From: an uncultured bacterium
GTDB lineage: Bacteria > Planctomycetota > UBA1135 > GCA-002686595
Length of the DNA: 64,000 nt
NCBI GenBank assembly: GCA_943787795.1
Contig: CALSNU010000004.1
Coordinates: forward strand, 512,001 to 576,000
Direction of reading: 5' to 3'
Part shown: piece after piece, positions 9,008 to 19,326 of the stretch
How positions within the stretch are numbered: the stretch's first letter is position 1
Layout of the letters: each line of letters opens with the position of its first letter
Notes under the pieces: model-generated
The model's input: only the letters and a program-made list of their open reading frames with translations
What the model was told of the DNA's origin: nothing
Databases searched by the model: none
Translations under genes and position numbers: made by a program

Positions 9008-10123
9008 TCAGAGCGGGAACTCGCCGTCGCCGGCATCAGCCTCGCCGCGGCGCTGGGAAAGGTCGAAGAGGAACTCGCCCTGCTTGCGGATGTGAGCGGG
9101 GACCTCCGCGAAGACGTCGCTGAAGATGGTCTCGAGCCCCGGCGCGGCGGTCACCTCGGCAGCCTTGGCCGCGCGGTCGATCTCCGCCAGGGTGTCGGCG
9201 CGCATCGCCTCGTTCTGCTCGGCGTTCAGGAGCCCCTTGCGCTCCAGGAAGCGGCGGAAGCGGTCGACGGGATCCTTCTGCTTCCACTCCTCCACGAGCT
9301 CGGCGGGGACGTACTTGGTGGGATCATCGGAGGTCGAGTGCCCGCCCATCCGGAACGTCACGGCCTCGATCAGGGTCGGCCCCTCCCCGCGGCGGGCGCG
9401 CTCGGAGGCCTCTAGCACCGCCTGGCGGACCGCGAAGAGGTCGTTGCCGTCCACCGTGGCGTGGGGCATCCCGTAGGCCTCGGCCTTGACCGCGTAGCCG
9501 TCGCTCGCCGTCTGCTGATCCGACGGGCACGAGATGGCGTAACCATTGTTCTGGCACAGGAAGACCACCGGGGACTTCCAGACGGCGGCGAAGTTCAAGC
9601 CGCTATGGAAGCCGAGGCTGGAGGTGCCGCCGTCGCCGAAGCTGACGAGGTGGACGGTGTCTTCGCCGCGCAGCTTGGAGGCGTGCGCAGCACCCACGGC
9701 GTGGGGCAGGTGCGTGCCGATCGGCGAGCTGATGCTGTAGAAGTGGATCGGCTCGACGAAGGAGAAGTGCACGGGCATCTGGCGGCCCTTCGCGCTGTCC
9801 TCGGCGTTGCCGAACATGTTGTGCATCATCTCCACGGCCGGGATGCCGTGATAGAGCGCCATGCCGAAGTCCCGATAGCTCGGGAAGATCCAGTCCGTCT
9901 TGCGGAGCGCGCTCGCGGCCCCCACCTGGGTGGCCTCGATGCCGAGGTTCGGGATCGAGAAGCCGATCCGACCAGCGCGCTGGAGCTTCAGGCAGATCTC
10001 ATCGAAGGATCGAACGAGGAGCATCGTGCGATAGCAGTGCAGGAGCTCCTCATCGGGGAGGCCGGCCTCGAAGCCCTTCTTCGTGGCGCCATCGGGCGCC
10101 AATACGGTGAGCATGTCAGTCAT
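9008..10123 (-). CDS. 2-oxoacid dehydrogenase E1 alpha subunit, first copy (branched-chain type)
   Basis: KGRQMPVH, FGDGGTS...QNNGYAIS TPP motif, GHSTSDDP loop typical of branched-chain E1-alpha. Confidence 0.94.
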   Translation of the reverse strand: MTDMLTVLAPDGATKKGFEAGLPDEELLHCYRTMLLVRSFDEICLKLQRAGRIGFSIPNLGIEATQVGAASALRKTDWIFPSYRDFGMALYHGIPAVEMMHNMFGNAEDSAKGRQMPVHFSFVEPIHFYSISSPIGTHLPHAVGAAHASKLRGEDTVHLVSFGDGGTSSLGFHSGLNFAAVWKSPVVFLCQNNGYAISCPSDQQTASDGYAVKAEAYGMPHATVDGNDLFAVRQAVLEASERARRGEGPTLIEAVTFRMGGHSTSDDPTKYVPAELVEEWKQKDPVDRFRRFLERKGLLNAEQNEAMRADTLAEIDRAAKAAEVTAAPGLETIFSDVFAEVPAHIRKQGEFLFDLSQRRGEADAGDGEFPL

Positions 10124-10152
10124 GGTCGTTGCTTGAGGCAGGGGGGCGGCGG

Positions 10153-11118
10153 TCAGGCCTTGCGGCCTCGGCGCGCGTTCACGAGGCGCGCCGCGAAGAA
10201 CTCTCCGGCCTTGTAGCTAGAGCGGACGAGCGGGCCAGACGCCACGTAGAGAAAGCCCATGGCCCGGGCCTCGACTTCCAGCTCCTTGAAGCGCTCCGGG
10301 GTCACGTAGTCGCGGACCGGGGCGTGGTTGGGGGAAGGCCGCAGGTACTGCCCGAGGGTCAGGAAGTCGACGCCGGCCTCCCGCAGCAGGCCGATCGCGT
10401 CCTCGAGCTCGGCGTGGGACTCACCGAGACCGACCATGAGGGAGGACTTGGTGAAGGCGTCGGGGTCGTGATCCTTGGCCTGGCGGAGGACATCCAACGA
10501 GCGTTCGTAGCTACAGCGCGGGTCGCGAATCTTGCGCTGGAGGCGAGGCACCACCTCCACGTTGTGCGCCAGGACGTCCGGGCGCGCCGCCATGAGGGTC
10601 TCGAGCTGCGTGTCCACGTAGTCAGGAATCAGCACCTCGACCACCGTTCGATCCGCGTGGGCGCGAATGGAGCGAATGCACTCGGCGTAGTGGCCCGACC
10701 CGCCGTCCGGGAGATCGTCGCGGTCCACGCTCGTCAGGACCACGTAGTCGAGCTCCATCTCACCGATGGCGCGGCCGACGTGCTCGGGTTCGTCGGGGTC
10801 GGGCGGCGCGGCGCGGTCCACGGTCTTCACCGCGCAGAAGCGGCAGCGCCGGGTGCACTCATCCCCCAGCACCATGATCGTCATGGTCGCGTGGTCGCCC
10901 TTCCAGCACTCCCCGATGTTCGGGCAGCGCGCCTCCTCACAGACCGTGTTGAGCTTCAGATCCTTGGTCAGGCTCTTCAGCTTGCTGTAGCCCTCGCCGC
11001 CCGGGAGGGGGACCTTGAGCCACGGAGGCTTGGGCGAACGCCGGCGCTTGCCCTCTGCGGCGCCCTTTGGCGACGAGAAGTCAGCTTGGCTGGGGGTCTT
11101 GGGTTCGAGAGACGTCAT
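10153..11118 (-). CDS. lipA: Lipoyl synthase
   Basis: CEEARCPNIGEC and CTRRCRFC cluster motifs, C-terminal VRSSY. Start placed at ATG 11118. Confidence 0.97.
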   Translation of the reverse strand: MTSLEPKTPSQADFSSPKGAAEGKRRRSPKPPWLKVPLPGGEGYSKLKSLTKDLKLNTVCEEARCPNIGECWKGDHATMTIMVLGDECTRRCRFCAVKTVDRAAPPDPDEPEHVGRAIGEMELDYVVLTSVDRDDLPDGGSGHYAECIRSIRAHADRTVVEVLIPDYVDTQLETLMAARPDVLAHNVEVVPRLQRKIRDPRCSYERSLDVLRQAKDHDPDAFTKSSLMVGLGESHAELEDAIGLLREAGVDFLTLGQYLRPSPNHAPVRDYVTPERFKELEVEARAMGFLYVASGPLVRSSYKAGEFFAARLVNARRGRKA

Positions 11119-11268
11119 CCGAGCAGAGAATTGGGCGCGAGAGAATAGCAGAAGGGGCGGCCCTCCGTCGGAGGGCGCCCCCCTCTGTCGCACCTGCGCG
11201 CCGCGGAATCGACCCCCGGATCGCAATCAAAGCCCCGGGGGCCTCCAGACGGGTCGCGAGGCGCGCTC

Positions 11269-14200
11269 TCAGCGCCGACTGCGGCGCTCCAGGAGGGTCC
11301 AGACCACGCTCGAGACCTCGTCCGCCTCGACCTTGCCACTCCCGTCCAGGTCCCAGCGCGTGAGGAAGTCGTCCGGACCGGACTCCACCCCCCACCTGAG
11401 CAGCACCGCCTCCGCTCGCTGGAGCTCATCGGGCTCCACGATCGAGGAGCGGTCCACGTCCAGCTGGGCGAAGAGGAGCGGCCGACGGCGGAGCTCTCGC
11501 TTGGTGAGCTGGCCGTCCTCATCCGCATCGAGCCCCGCGCTGATGGTCTCCACCGTGGACCCGGGCGGGAGGTCCATCTGGGGCCCGCGGCGGCGGGAGG
11601 GCCACTCGATGTCCTTGGGGACCTCGCCCCGAGCCCGGCGGCTGGCGAAGCGGGTCGGGTCGAGCTGACAGAAGCCGTCGTCGTCCCGGTCGAGCAGGCG
11701 CCAGTCCTCATCCCGCAGGGTGAACTCCCGCGGGCCGATGGAGCCTCCCCCGGATCGGTCGAGGGCCTCAAAGCGCTCGAGGCCAGCCCGGTCCCCGAAC
11801 CGGAGCTCCCGCAGGGGCCCGGGGTGCCTCGAGAGTTCGTGGAGATCCAGGCGCTTGCTGCCGTCGAGGTCCAGAGCCCCGAACACCGCGCGCTCTGCCT
11901 CCTTGCGGTCCAGCCGGCCGTCCTTCTTGCGCTCGAACTCGAACGGGTCGATCCCGTCCAGGAGGCGAGAGAGATCACCATCAGGGCTCACTCGCTCCTC
12001 CGGGTCGACGATCGGCTCGGCCTCGAGCACCGCGCTCCCGCCGTAGTCCTCGGCGGCCTTCGCGAGCTCCGCCAGGGTCACCCGTCCGTCTCCATCAAGG
12101 TCCGCGCTCGCCCCCCCCACCTTGTCCATTTCTGGCCCCACCAGGAGACCACTGCGGTCCGCGTCCGCGTGACCGAACAGGCTCCGGGCGGAGGCGGCCG
12201 CGGCGATCGACTCCTGGGCATAGGGACCCAGGGTCCCCAGCACGTCCCCCGCGACGCCCAGCAGGTTCGCGATCTCGGACCGCATCAACCACCTGGACTC
12301 AGGGTGGCTCACGTCCTTCAGCCGGCGCCCGTCCTCATCGAGCATCTTGTCGAGCGGGAATCGCTCGGCGCGGAGGACGTACCCCTCCTGGAGGCCGAGG
12401 ACCCGACCGAGCATCACCGGCTCGGCGCTGTTGGTCACGTCATTGACGATGACACCATCCTCGCCCGGGACGAAGGCGTACTTGCGGAGGAAGGGCGGCG
12501 TGTACCACTCTCCGATCTCCAGCAGGTCCGACGCGCCTCCGGAGGGCGTGATGGACACCTGCTCCTGGGATGCCGGATCGGTCACGTCGACCACCCGCAG
12601 GAAGGAGTCCTGCTGCCCGTTGTTCTGGGTGCGCTCCTCCACGAAGTACATGTAGTCCCGCTCGCGCGTGCGGCCCCCACCCTGGGGCGAGGCGAGGTCC
12701 ACGTGACTTCGGAGCACCACGCTGTGGTAGACCGCATTGCCGCGGCGACGCTCTGCGGCGCCCGGCCGGCGGCGCTCGGACTCGATCAACTCGAGGTGAG
12801 CGGGCTCGGTGGCGTCGATCAGGATCGGCCCAGACTCCTCGTCACAGATCGTCACCAGGCGACGGGCCAGGGTCCGTTCGTCAGACGGCTGCCCCTCCTC
12901 GTCCACCATCGGCCTGCTGAACTGGAACATGACGTCGACGTCCACCGCCCCCGCTCCGCCCCCGTCCAGCGCGAGCCCGCCGATGACCCGCGGCTTCACG
13001 GGCAGGCGAACGTCGACGACGATCAGCCCCCCTGGCCCGTCGGCCACGTACGCATAGGGCCAGCGGATCTCGATGTCGTGGGCGTCAATCGTGGGCAGGG
13101 CCGCCACCAGGTCAAGCTCGCCAGGTTCACTCACGTCGAAGACCTTCACGCCCCCGACCCCGTCAGCGACCCAGAGGTGTGAGCCCGCGAGCGCGAGGCC
13201 TCGCGGGGAGACCGTCATGTGGAAGTCTGTTCGCCGCGGCGACCTGAGATCACTGACGTCGATCGCGTGAATCCCCCGCTTGCCCTCGGACACGTACACG
13301 TGGTGCGCGTGCCCGTGCAAGGGGTCCGTGGCCAGCTCCAGATCCACGATGTCCGGCAAGACAAAGCGCCCGAGCGGCGCGCTCTGCTCGGGGTTCTCGC
13401 GGTCGAAGCCCACGATCTCCAGCCCCCGCCGATCCGCTGCCACGACCACCTGACGGCCGAGCTGGAAGTTGTTCGAGCCCATCCCCCACGTCTCCGAGGC
13501 CCTGTGGCACTCGGCGCACGACCGCGCCGTGGGCCGCGTCGAGTGGAGCTGATGGTGGATCATCGTCAGCCCAGAGAGCCCGTTGGAGGTCACCGGGAAC
13601 TCCTGATCCAGGATGCGCTTCCCGTCGGCGTCGTCCACGGTCCCCATGGTGGAGAAGCCCGTCAGGTAGGGCGCGACGCGGCCGCGCTCGTCCAGGCCGG
13701 CGTAGAAGCTCTTCCACGTGGTGAACACCTTCTCCTGCGTGGTCACCCGCCCCGGAGTGCGCTGGCCAGACAGCAGGTCGAGCTGGGTCAGGGCCTCGTT
13801 GCGGTAGAAGTGAAAGCCGAGGAAGTTCACGTTCCAGCCGCCGTGGCAGGTGTAGCAGGCGACGTTCCCGTGATCCGAGGTCATGGCCAGCTGCGCCTCG
13901 GGGTTGTAGTCCTCGTGACCGATGTCGATCACGTTGACCGCCTGCTTGATGCGGTGCTCCTCACCCGTGACCTTGCTCCGCATCCAGACCTCACCGTCGC
14001 GCTCGAAGAGGTGCTTCAGGCGAGTGCCGCGCTCGGTCCGCATCGTCGCCCGCTCCGCGATGGATCCGTGGCAGGCCTCGCATGAGATGTCGGTGGCCTC
14101 CTCCATCTTCGAGAGGAGACGCCCGTCCCCCATCACGCCGTCGAGCGTGTGGCAATCCACGCAGTGCAGCCCCGAGGCGTGGTGAACGTCCGGCGGCGTG

Positions 14201-15179
14201 ACCTCGGGGTCGTTCACGAAGAAGGCCCGGTGCAGGAGGCTGTCGGTGGTGCCCGGGATCTCCGGCCCCCCAGGCGCCCCCGGGGGCAGCTGCGAGAGTC
14301 CCCGGAAGTGCAGGCCGATGGACGCGTCCCCGTAGTGGCAGGTGGTGCAGGTCTCCGTCGGGGGCGCGGTGAGCATGGTGTGAGCCCGTGGGTGCCCGGG
14401 CTCGACGCGCTTCGCGGTCCGGTCCGCGGACTCGCTCAGACCATCCTCGCGGTAGGGCACGTGGCATGCCGCGCACCCCCGCTCCGCGATACTCGCCATC
14501 GAACCCCACCCGACCGCGCAGCGCCCGGCCCTGGGACCACAGGTGGCACTGCATGCACTCCTTGCGGACCAGGTCCGGGAAGTGGGAGGCCAGGTCGCCC
14601 TGCTCGTCCGACGCGTCGAACTTCGGCGGCTGGAGCAGCCGCTCGATGGTGCTCCCCTCGACGCCCCTCGGCGCCGACACCGGGAACACCGAGTAGCGCG
14701 AGTCCTTGTCGTCCTGGATGCCGTTCTCGAAGAAGCCGTCCGAGAGGTGCGCCGCCGTGGTGCCGTGGAGCGACACCATCAGGTGATCGATGAGCTCCCC
14801 GTGGCAGTCCCCGCAGACCCGCTCGGCCACCCTCAGGTCCATCGGGTTGATGAAGCGCAGGTACGCCAGGTCGTGGTTCTCGGGCAGGACCCGCTCGTTG
14901 GTCTGCACCGGGGCCGTCGGCTGCACGTGCGCCACGACCTTCTCGCGCGCCTGACCGTCCCCCGCCGTGGCACTCCACGCAGGAGAGCGAGAAGCCGGGG
15001 TGCATGTCCTCGATGCCCTCGTGGCACTTCATGCAGCCCTCCGAGTCCGCCGACACGGGCGCCGCCACCACGACAGGGGCCCCCAGGATCGGAGCCGCGC
15101 CGCGGTCGCCTGACGCGAACGCTCCGCCGACGATCGAGGCCAGGAGCAGGGCGATCGGAGCCGCCGCTCGGAGGGACAT
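11269..15179 (-). CDS. Exported decaheme c-type cytochrome fused to LVIVD-like beta-propeller and EF-hand-like repeats (~1300 aa; two apparent frameshifts)
   Basis: Three ORF pieces join if one base is removed from each C5 run at 14959-14963 and 14476-14480 (3911-2=3909 nt, in frame). Signal peptide; 10 CxxCH motifs (CMKCH, CVECH, CGDCH, CMQCH, CAACH, CTTCH, CVDCH, CEACH, CYTCH, CAECH); YAYVADGPGGLIVVDV-type repeats; DxDxDG..T..EL repeats. Confidence 0.85.
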
Positions 15180-16333
15180 CAGGCGTAGATCTCCCGTAGC
15201 ACCGAGCCCTTGGCATGACGCGGGTCCGCGCCGAAGAGGTCGGCGATCGTCGGCATCACGTCGATGGTCCGACGGTCATCAGTGACCACCTTGCCGCGCT
15301 TGAAGTCCGGCCCCCACGCCACGCCATGAACGAAGCGGAGGTCATCGGAGCCGTCACCGTGGTCGAGGCCTCGACGCGAGTTCAGGTCCGCATCACGCCC
15401 GAACTCGGGGAGCACCACCACGGCCGTCGAGTCCCGGAGGGTCTCGTCCCCGCGGATCGCCGCCACGAGCTCTCCGATCGCCGCATCATTGCGCCGGATG
15501 ACCTCGGTATAGCCGTTGAACGAGCCGTGCGCGATGTCGGCCTGCTGCAGCACCACGCCGATCATCCTCGGCCGGAAGACGGACAGGAGGTTCCTGGCGA
15601 GCTGAATGGCCTTGGCGTCGCCGGCGCCGGCGCCGGTCATCCCGGTGACACCACGTCCAAGCTCTTCGAGGATGTACTGCTCGACCCGCGCGCGCGACTT
15701 CTCCGCAGCGGACGGCGGGGCTCCTCCCCGCAGCACACGACGAAGCTCGGCGACTCGCTCGGCGTCGGAGCCAGCCAGGGGTCGCGGGGTCCCCAGCTTG
15801 GACACGATCCCCTTGAACTCCTCGTTGAAGATCCCGTCCCCGTCCAACGTGGTCGCCCCGTACTTCTGCCCGTAGTCCCGGTGGAGCCCGTAGGCGTAGT
15901 TGACCTGCTGTGCCCCCCCCGAGGTGGTGACCCAGACATCGCTCGCCGCGAGCCCGAGGTCCTTCCGGACGTACTCGAACAAGGTCGGGTCTGGCGCTCG
16001 GCTGTTGTCCCTGATGCCACGGGCCTCCGAGATCCCGGTCACGATGGACATGGACGCTCCAAAGTGGCCGAGGTTGGCCGTCCTCAGACGAGTGAAGAGG
16101 ACGCCCTCATCCGCAAGCTGTACGAGGTTCGGGATCTGCTTGGGGGAGCCGAAGGTCTCCCGACTGCGCACGCCCCCCGCCATGATCACGAGCACGACGT
16201 GCTTCGTCTTGTAGCCGGGGCGAATCGGCCCTATCGCGGACGCGAGGGGCGATGACAGCCCCAGAGCGCCAGCGCCGGCGGCGGCGCGGAGGAGATCGCG
16301 ACGGGAGGGGTGAAGGTGGTCGAGGATGCTCAT
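15179..16333 (-). CDS. Tat-exported DUF1501-like / alkaline-phosphatase-superfamily protein
   Basis: SRRDLLR twin-arginine signal; HVVLVIMAGGVRS; PEFGRD...GLDHG resembles the DUF1501 EFGR..G.DH motif. Confidence 0.65.
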   Translation of the reverse strand: MSILDHLHPSRRDLLRAAAGAGALGLSSPLASAIGPIRPGYKTKHVVLVIMAGGVRSRETFGSPKQIPNLVQLADEGVLFTRLRTANLGHFGASMSIVTGISEARGIRDNSRAPDPTLFEYVRKDLGLAASDVWVTTSGGAQQVNYAYGLHRDYGQKYGATTLDGDGIFNEEFKGIVSKLGTPRPLAGSDAERVAELRRVLRGGAPPSAAEKSRARVEQYILEELGRGVTGMTGAGAGDAKAIQLARNLLSVFRPRMIGVVLQQADIAHGSFNGYTEVIRRNDAAIGELVAAIRGDETLRDSTAVVVLPEFGRDADLNSRRGLDHGDGSDDLRFVHGVAWGPDFKRGKVVTDDRRTIDVMPTIADLFGADPRHAKGSVLREIYA

Positions 16334-17385
16334 GATGACTCGTACTCCGGACTGCTCAGGAGCGTGTAAAGGACGAGGGTGGGACCGTCCCCTGTTTCAG
16401 ATGCGACGCGGGAGAAGGCGACCTTCTCGTCCCCGGTCGGCGCGCGACCGAGGAGCCGCTGAAAGACGTCCTCGACCCAGGCTCCTGCGTCCCCGAGTTC
16501 GGGACCGCGCGGAGCCCTCGTCCCGTCAGCCTCGAGCAGCATCCGGGCGATGGTCGACCGCAGGGGCGCGGGATCGCCGAGGCCATCAAGGGCGCTCCTG
16601 AGCGCCTCGGTCGTCGCGCCGCTGGGCGGCGCCCCGCCGAGGTCCACGTGGACCGCTCGGACCCAGGTGCGATTGGACATGGGCGCGCCCCTCGCCACGC
16701 GCTCGGCGTAGGCCTCGGAGTTCATCCACTCCTTGGCGAGGTCCGGGTAGGCGCCAGGCTCCCTGTGGAGCCGCTTCCCGGCCCGTGCACGGTCGCGCTT
16801 GGACATCGGCGCCCTGGTCAGCCGTTCGTACTCGCGCCCCACGAGGAAGCGCGCCGCATTCTTGTGGCCTGCCGCGACCTCCACCACGTCCGACTGGCTC
16901 TTTGCCCGGCTGCCCATGAAGACCCCCGCACGCCCGTCGTAGGCCCCCTTGCCGATCTCGAGCTCTCGCCTCGAAGACTGCACCTCGACCCCACAGAACT
17001 GCTCCATGACCACCGTGACGAACGTATCGGCCCCCGGGTTCCGGAGGTCGAAGCTCGTGGAGAGACCGATGCGATGCAGGGCCTCTCCCGCGGTCAGAGT
17101 GCCCTTCTGGAGCCTCTCGGGGAGCTCGTCCAGGGAGGTCCCCACCGGCCGGAACTGATCGATCAGCATGAAGAAGTACAGCTGCTCGTCGAGCCAGTGC
17201 CCCCACGTGAGCTCGAGGCCCCAGAGCTCGTCCAGGACATCCGCCAGCGGCTGGCCCAGCCAGCGCTCGCGCTCGGGGGCGAGCGGCGGGCGGCCGAGGA
17301 GGTCGATGCTGATGGCACGCAGCCAGCGGTCGTCAATCGCCGTGGCAGGGTCCAGCTCGGACTCAGCTCGTTGGGGTGAAGGCAT
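16330..17385 (-). CDS. DUF1549/DUF1553-like helical protein
   Basis: DDRWLRAISIDLLGRPP and VEDVFQRLLGRAPTGDE resemble planctomycete PSD-type repeats. ATGA overlap with the next gene. Start at ATG 17385 or 17427. Confidence 0.55.
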   Translation of the reverse strand: MPSPQRAESELDPATAIDDRWLRAISIDLLGRPPLAPERERWLGQPLADVLDELWGLELTWGHWLDEQLYFFMLIDQFRPVGTSLDELPERLQKGTLTAGEALHRIGLSTSFDLRNPGADTFVTVVMEQFCGVEVQSSRRELEIGKGAYDGRAGVFMGSRAKSQSDVVEVAAGHKNAARFLVGREYERLTRAPMSKRDRARAGKRLHREPGAYPDLAKEWMNSEAYAERVARGAPMSNRTWVRAVHVDLGGAPPSGATTEALRSALDGLGDPAPLRSTIARMLLEADGTRAPRGPELGDAGAWVEDVFQRLLGRAPTGDEKVAFSRVASETGDGPTLVLYTLLSSPEYESS

Positions 17386-17540
17386 GGAGGGCACGATGGT
17401 GAAGCGGCCGCTTAGGCCCGCCTCCATCCTAGGGGGCGGGGTTCATTTTTAGCGGGCAGATCCCCCGCGGCCATCTCCCTGGCGACCGAGCCGGCCTCCA
17501 GCCTCGACTCATGGCCCAACTCGAGGCCACCTTACAGGCT

Positions 17541-17579
17541 CGCGGCCGCCGCCCTCGCTGACGGAGAGCGGCGGCCGCG
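17541..17579 (-). terminator. GC-rich hairpin downstream of the sigma factor gene
   Basis: CGCGGCCGCCGC...GCGGCGGCCGCG inverted repeat; no clear U-tract. Confidence 0.45.
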
Positions 17580-17638
17580 CAGGCGCCGGGCCGGATCGGC
17601 CCCAGGGGTTAGGCCCTCGGGTAGGACCTCAGACGACC

Positions 17639-18809
17639 TCACAGGAAGGGATCAATCGCCTTGCGCAGGTTCGGGGTCTTCATCTTCGAGATGGCACGCA
17701 CCTGAATCTGGCGGATCCGCTCCAGGCTGACCCCGAGCTTCGCCGCGACCTCGCTGAGCGTGTGCTCTCGCTGCTGATTGATCCCGAAGCGCAGCTCGAT
17801 CACGAACCGCTCCCGCTCCGAGAGGCGATCCATGGCGTCATGGATGCCCTCCTCCAGGGTGATGTCCTCCATCCCGGTGGAATAAACCGTCCCCTCGTCC
17901 GCCTGGCCGAGCACCTCGGCGAGGCCGCCAGAGGCGTCGTCACCCGAGCTGAACGGGGAGTCGATCGAGAGCGTCGAGCGGCTCGCAGCGAGCGCGCTCT
18001 CCACGAGGTGCTCCCCGAGATCGGCCTCCTTCGCGATCGCCGAGATCGGCGCATCAGGGCCGAGCTTGTCCACCGCGGCTCGGACGTGCTTCATGGCCTT
18101 CTGCAGGTAAACGGGGACGCGAACCGTCTGACCGTTGTTGTAGAGGTAGCTGCGGTAGGCTTGGTTGAGCCAGTGCACGGCGTAGGTGCGGAAGAGGAGG
18201 CCCGCGCTTCCAATCGAAGCCGTCCACCGCCCTGAAGAGCGCCGCTGAACCCTCCTGGATCAGGTCAAGACGGGACACTCCGAGGTGGGCGTACCTCTCG
18301 ACGTTGATGATCGCGAGGTACAGGTTCCGCTCGACGAGCTCGGTCCGCATGTGATGCAGCTCGAGCCAGCGCCGGCAAACGTCATCCGGCAGCGAGCACG
18401 CGGCTGACTCCACCTCGCGATAGGTGGCGGGGTCGTACGTGATCTTCCCGTCGATATCGTCACCCGACAGCCCGGCTGACTTGAGGGCGTGCTCGAGGCG
18501 GAACTGCGCGAACTCGATGCGGCGAGCGTGACGCGCTTCCTCCACTCGGTCCATGATCGTCAGTTGATCGATCTCAGCTCGGAGCTGCTCCTCGATCGAC
18601 GCCACGCCGCCGCGCGGCGAGTCGTCTCCACCTTCGGTCTCCGGCTTGCGCCAGGCGGCCGGATCGCGAAGTTCGATGTCGAACTTCTGACGGTTCCAGT
18701 CCTGGCCGCGGCGCTTCGCCTTGGAAGCGAAGCCCTCCGGCTCTTCGGCGTAGCGGTCGAGAATGCGGTCGAGCTCTTCGAGGCTCTTGAGTGATCGAGT
18801 GACGGTCAT
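17639..18809 (-). CDS. RNA polymerase sigma-70 family factor (RpoD/RpoS-like; one apparent frameshift)
   Basis: Region 2: LVERNLYL...DLIQEGSAALFRAVDGFDWKRG/LLFRTYAVHW...TVRVP. Region 4: LSERERFVIELRFG...TLSEVA..LGVSLERIRQIQ. Removing one base from CCC 18201-18203 gives a 389-aa ORF. Confidence 0.9.
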
Positions 18810-19235
18810 GGTCGTTCTCCGGGGCTGCCCCGCGCGAGGCCTGAAGCGCGCCTGCTTGACGCGCGTCAGGTTGGTCGGTTGGGAGGGGCCCGTCTTTCAG
18901 GTTGGGAGCCGTCCGCGCCGCGACCTGCGACAGCGAGGACTCCCTCGGGCAAAAGCCAGTACGAGCGCCGTGCCGAATCCTTTTCTCCGACTTCCCCGGG
19001 GGGGATAAGGGCCGTATCGCCTTCCGCGCCGTTCTTCGCCTGCTGTACGCCACATGACGCCGAATAGTTGGGTTCTTGTGCGGCGAAAGAGAGTGATCGG
19101 CGGGGCTTATGACCCCTCCTCCTGCCTGTTGCAGAGGGCCTCGATACCAGAGGCTTACTGCGCTCCCCGAGCCGCGGTAAGCGCGTCCGCTGCCATCCGG
19201 GCAGGAGCGGCTCCCGGAGCGAGAAAACACGCGCC

Positions 19236-19279
19236 AAAAGGGCAGCGGCCGCCCCCCAGATGTGGGGAGCGGCCGCTGT
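19236..19279 (-). terminator. Rho-independent terminator of acyl-CoA dehydrogenase
   Basis: Minus strand reads ACAGCGGCCGCTCCCC-ACATCT-GGGGGGCGGCCGCTGC followed by CCTTTT. Confidence 0.65.
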
Positions 19280-19326
19280 GGGGTCAAGGCCAGCGGTGAG
19301 TCGTCGCGCGACCCTCCGCCATGGCG

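Noticed and set aside
3754..9415. Long plus-strand ORFs (879, 423 and 498 aa) and similar antisense ORFs elsewhere (e.g. 19321..20991, 31686..33494, 41256..42917, 46487..48298, 61582..63660)
   Set aside because: Antisense shadows of well-supported genes. High GC and codon bias suppress stop codons, and the translations show no recognisable motifs.
18945..18980. Sigma-54 promoter or c-di-GMP riboswitch upstream of the sigma gene
   Set aside because: The minus strand has GGCACG but GT instead of the invariant GC at -12, and the GEMM two-hairpin architecture is absent.
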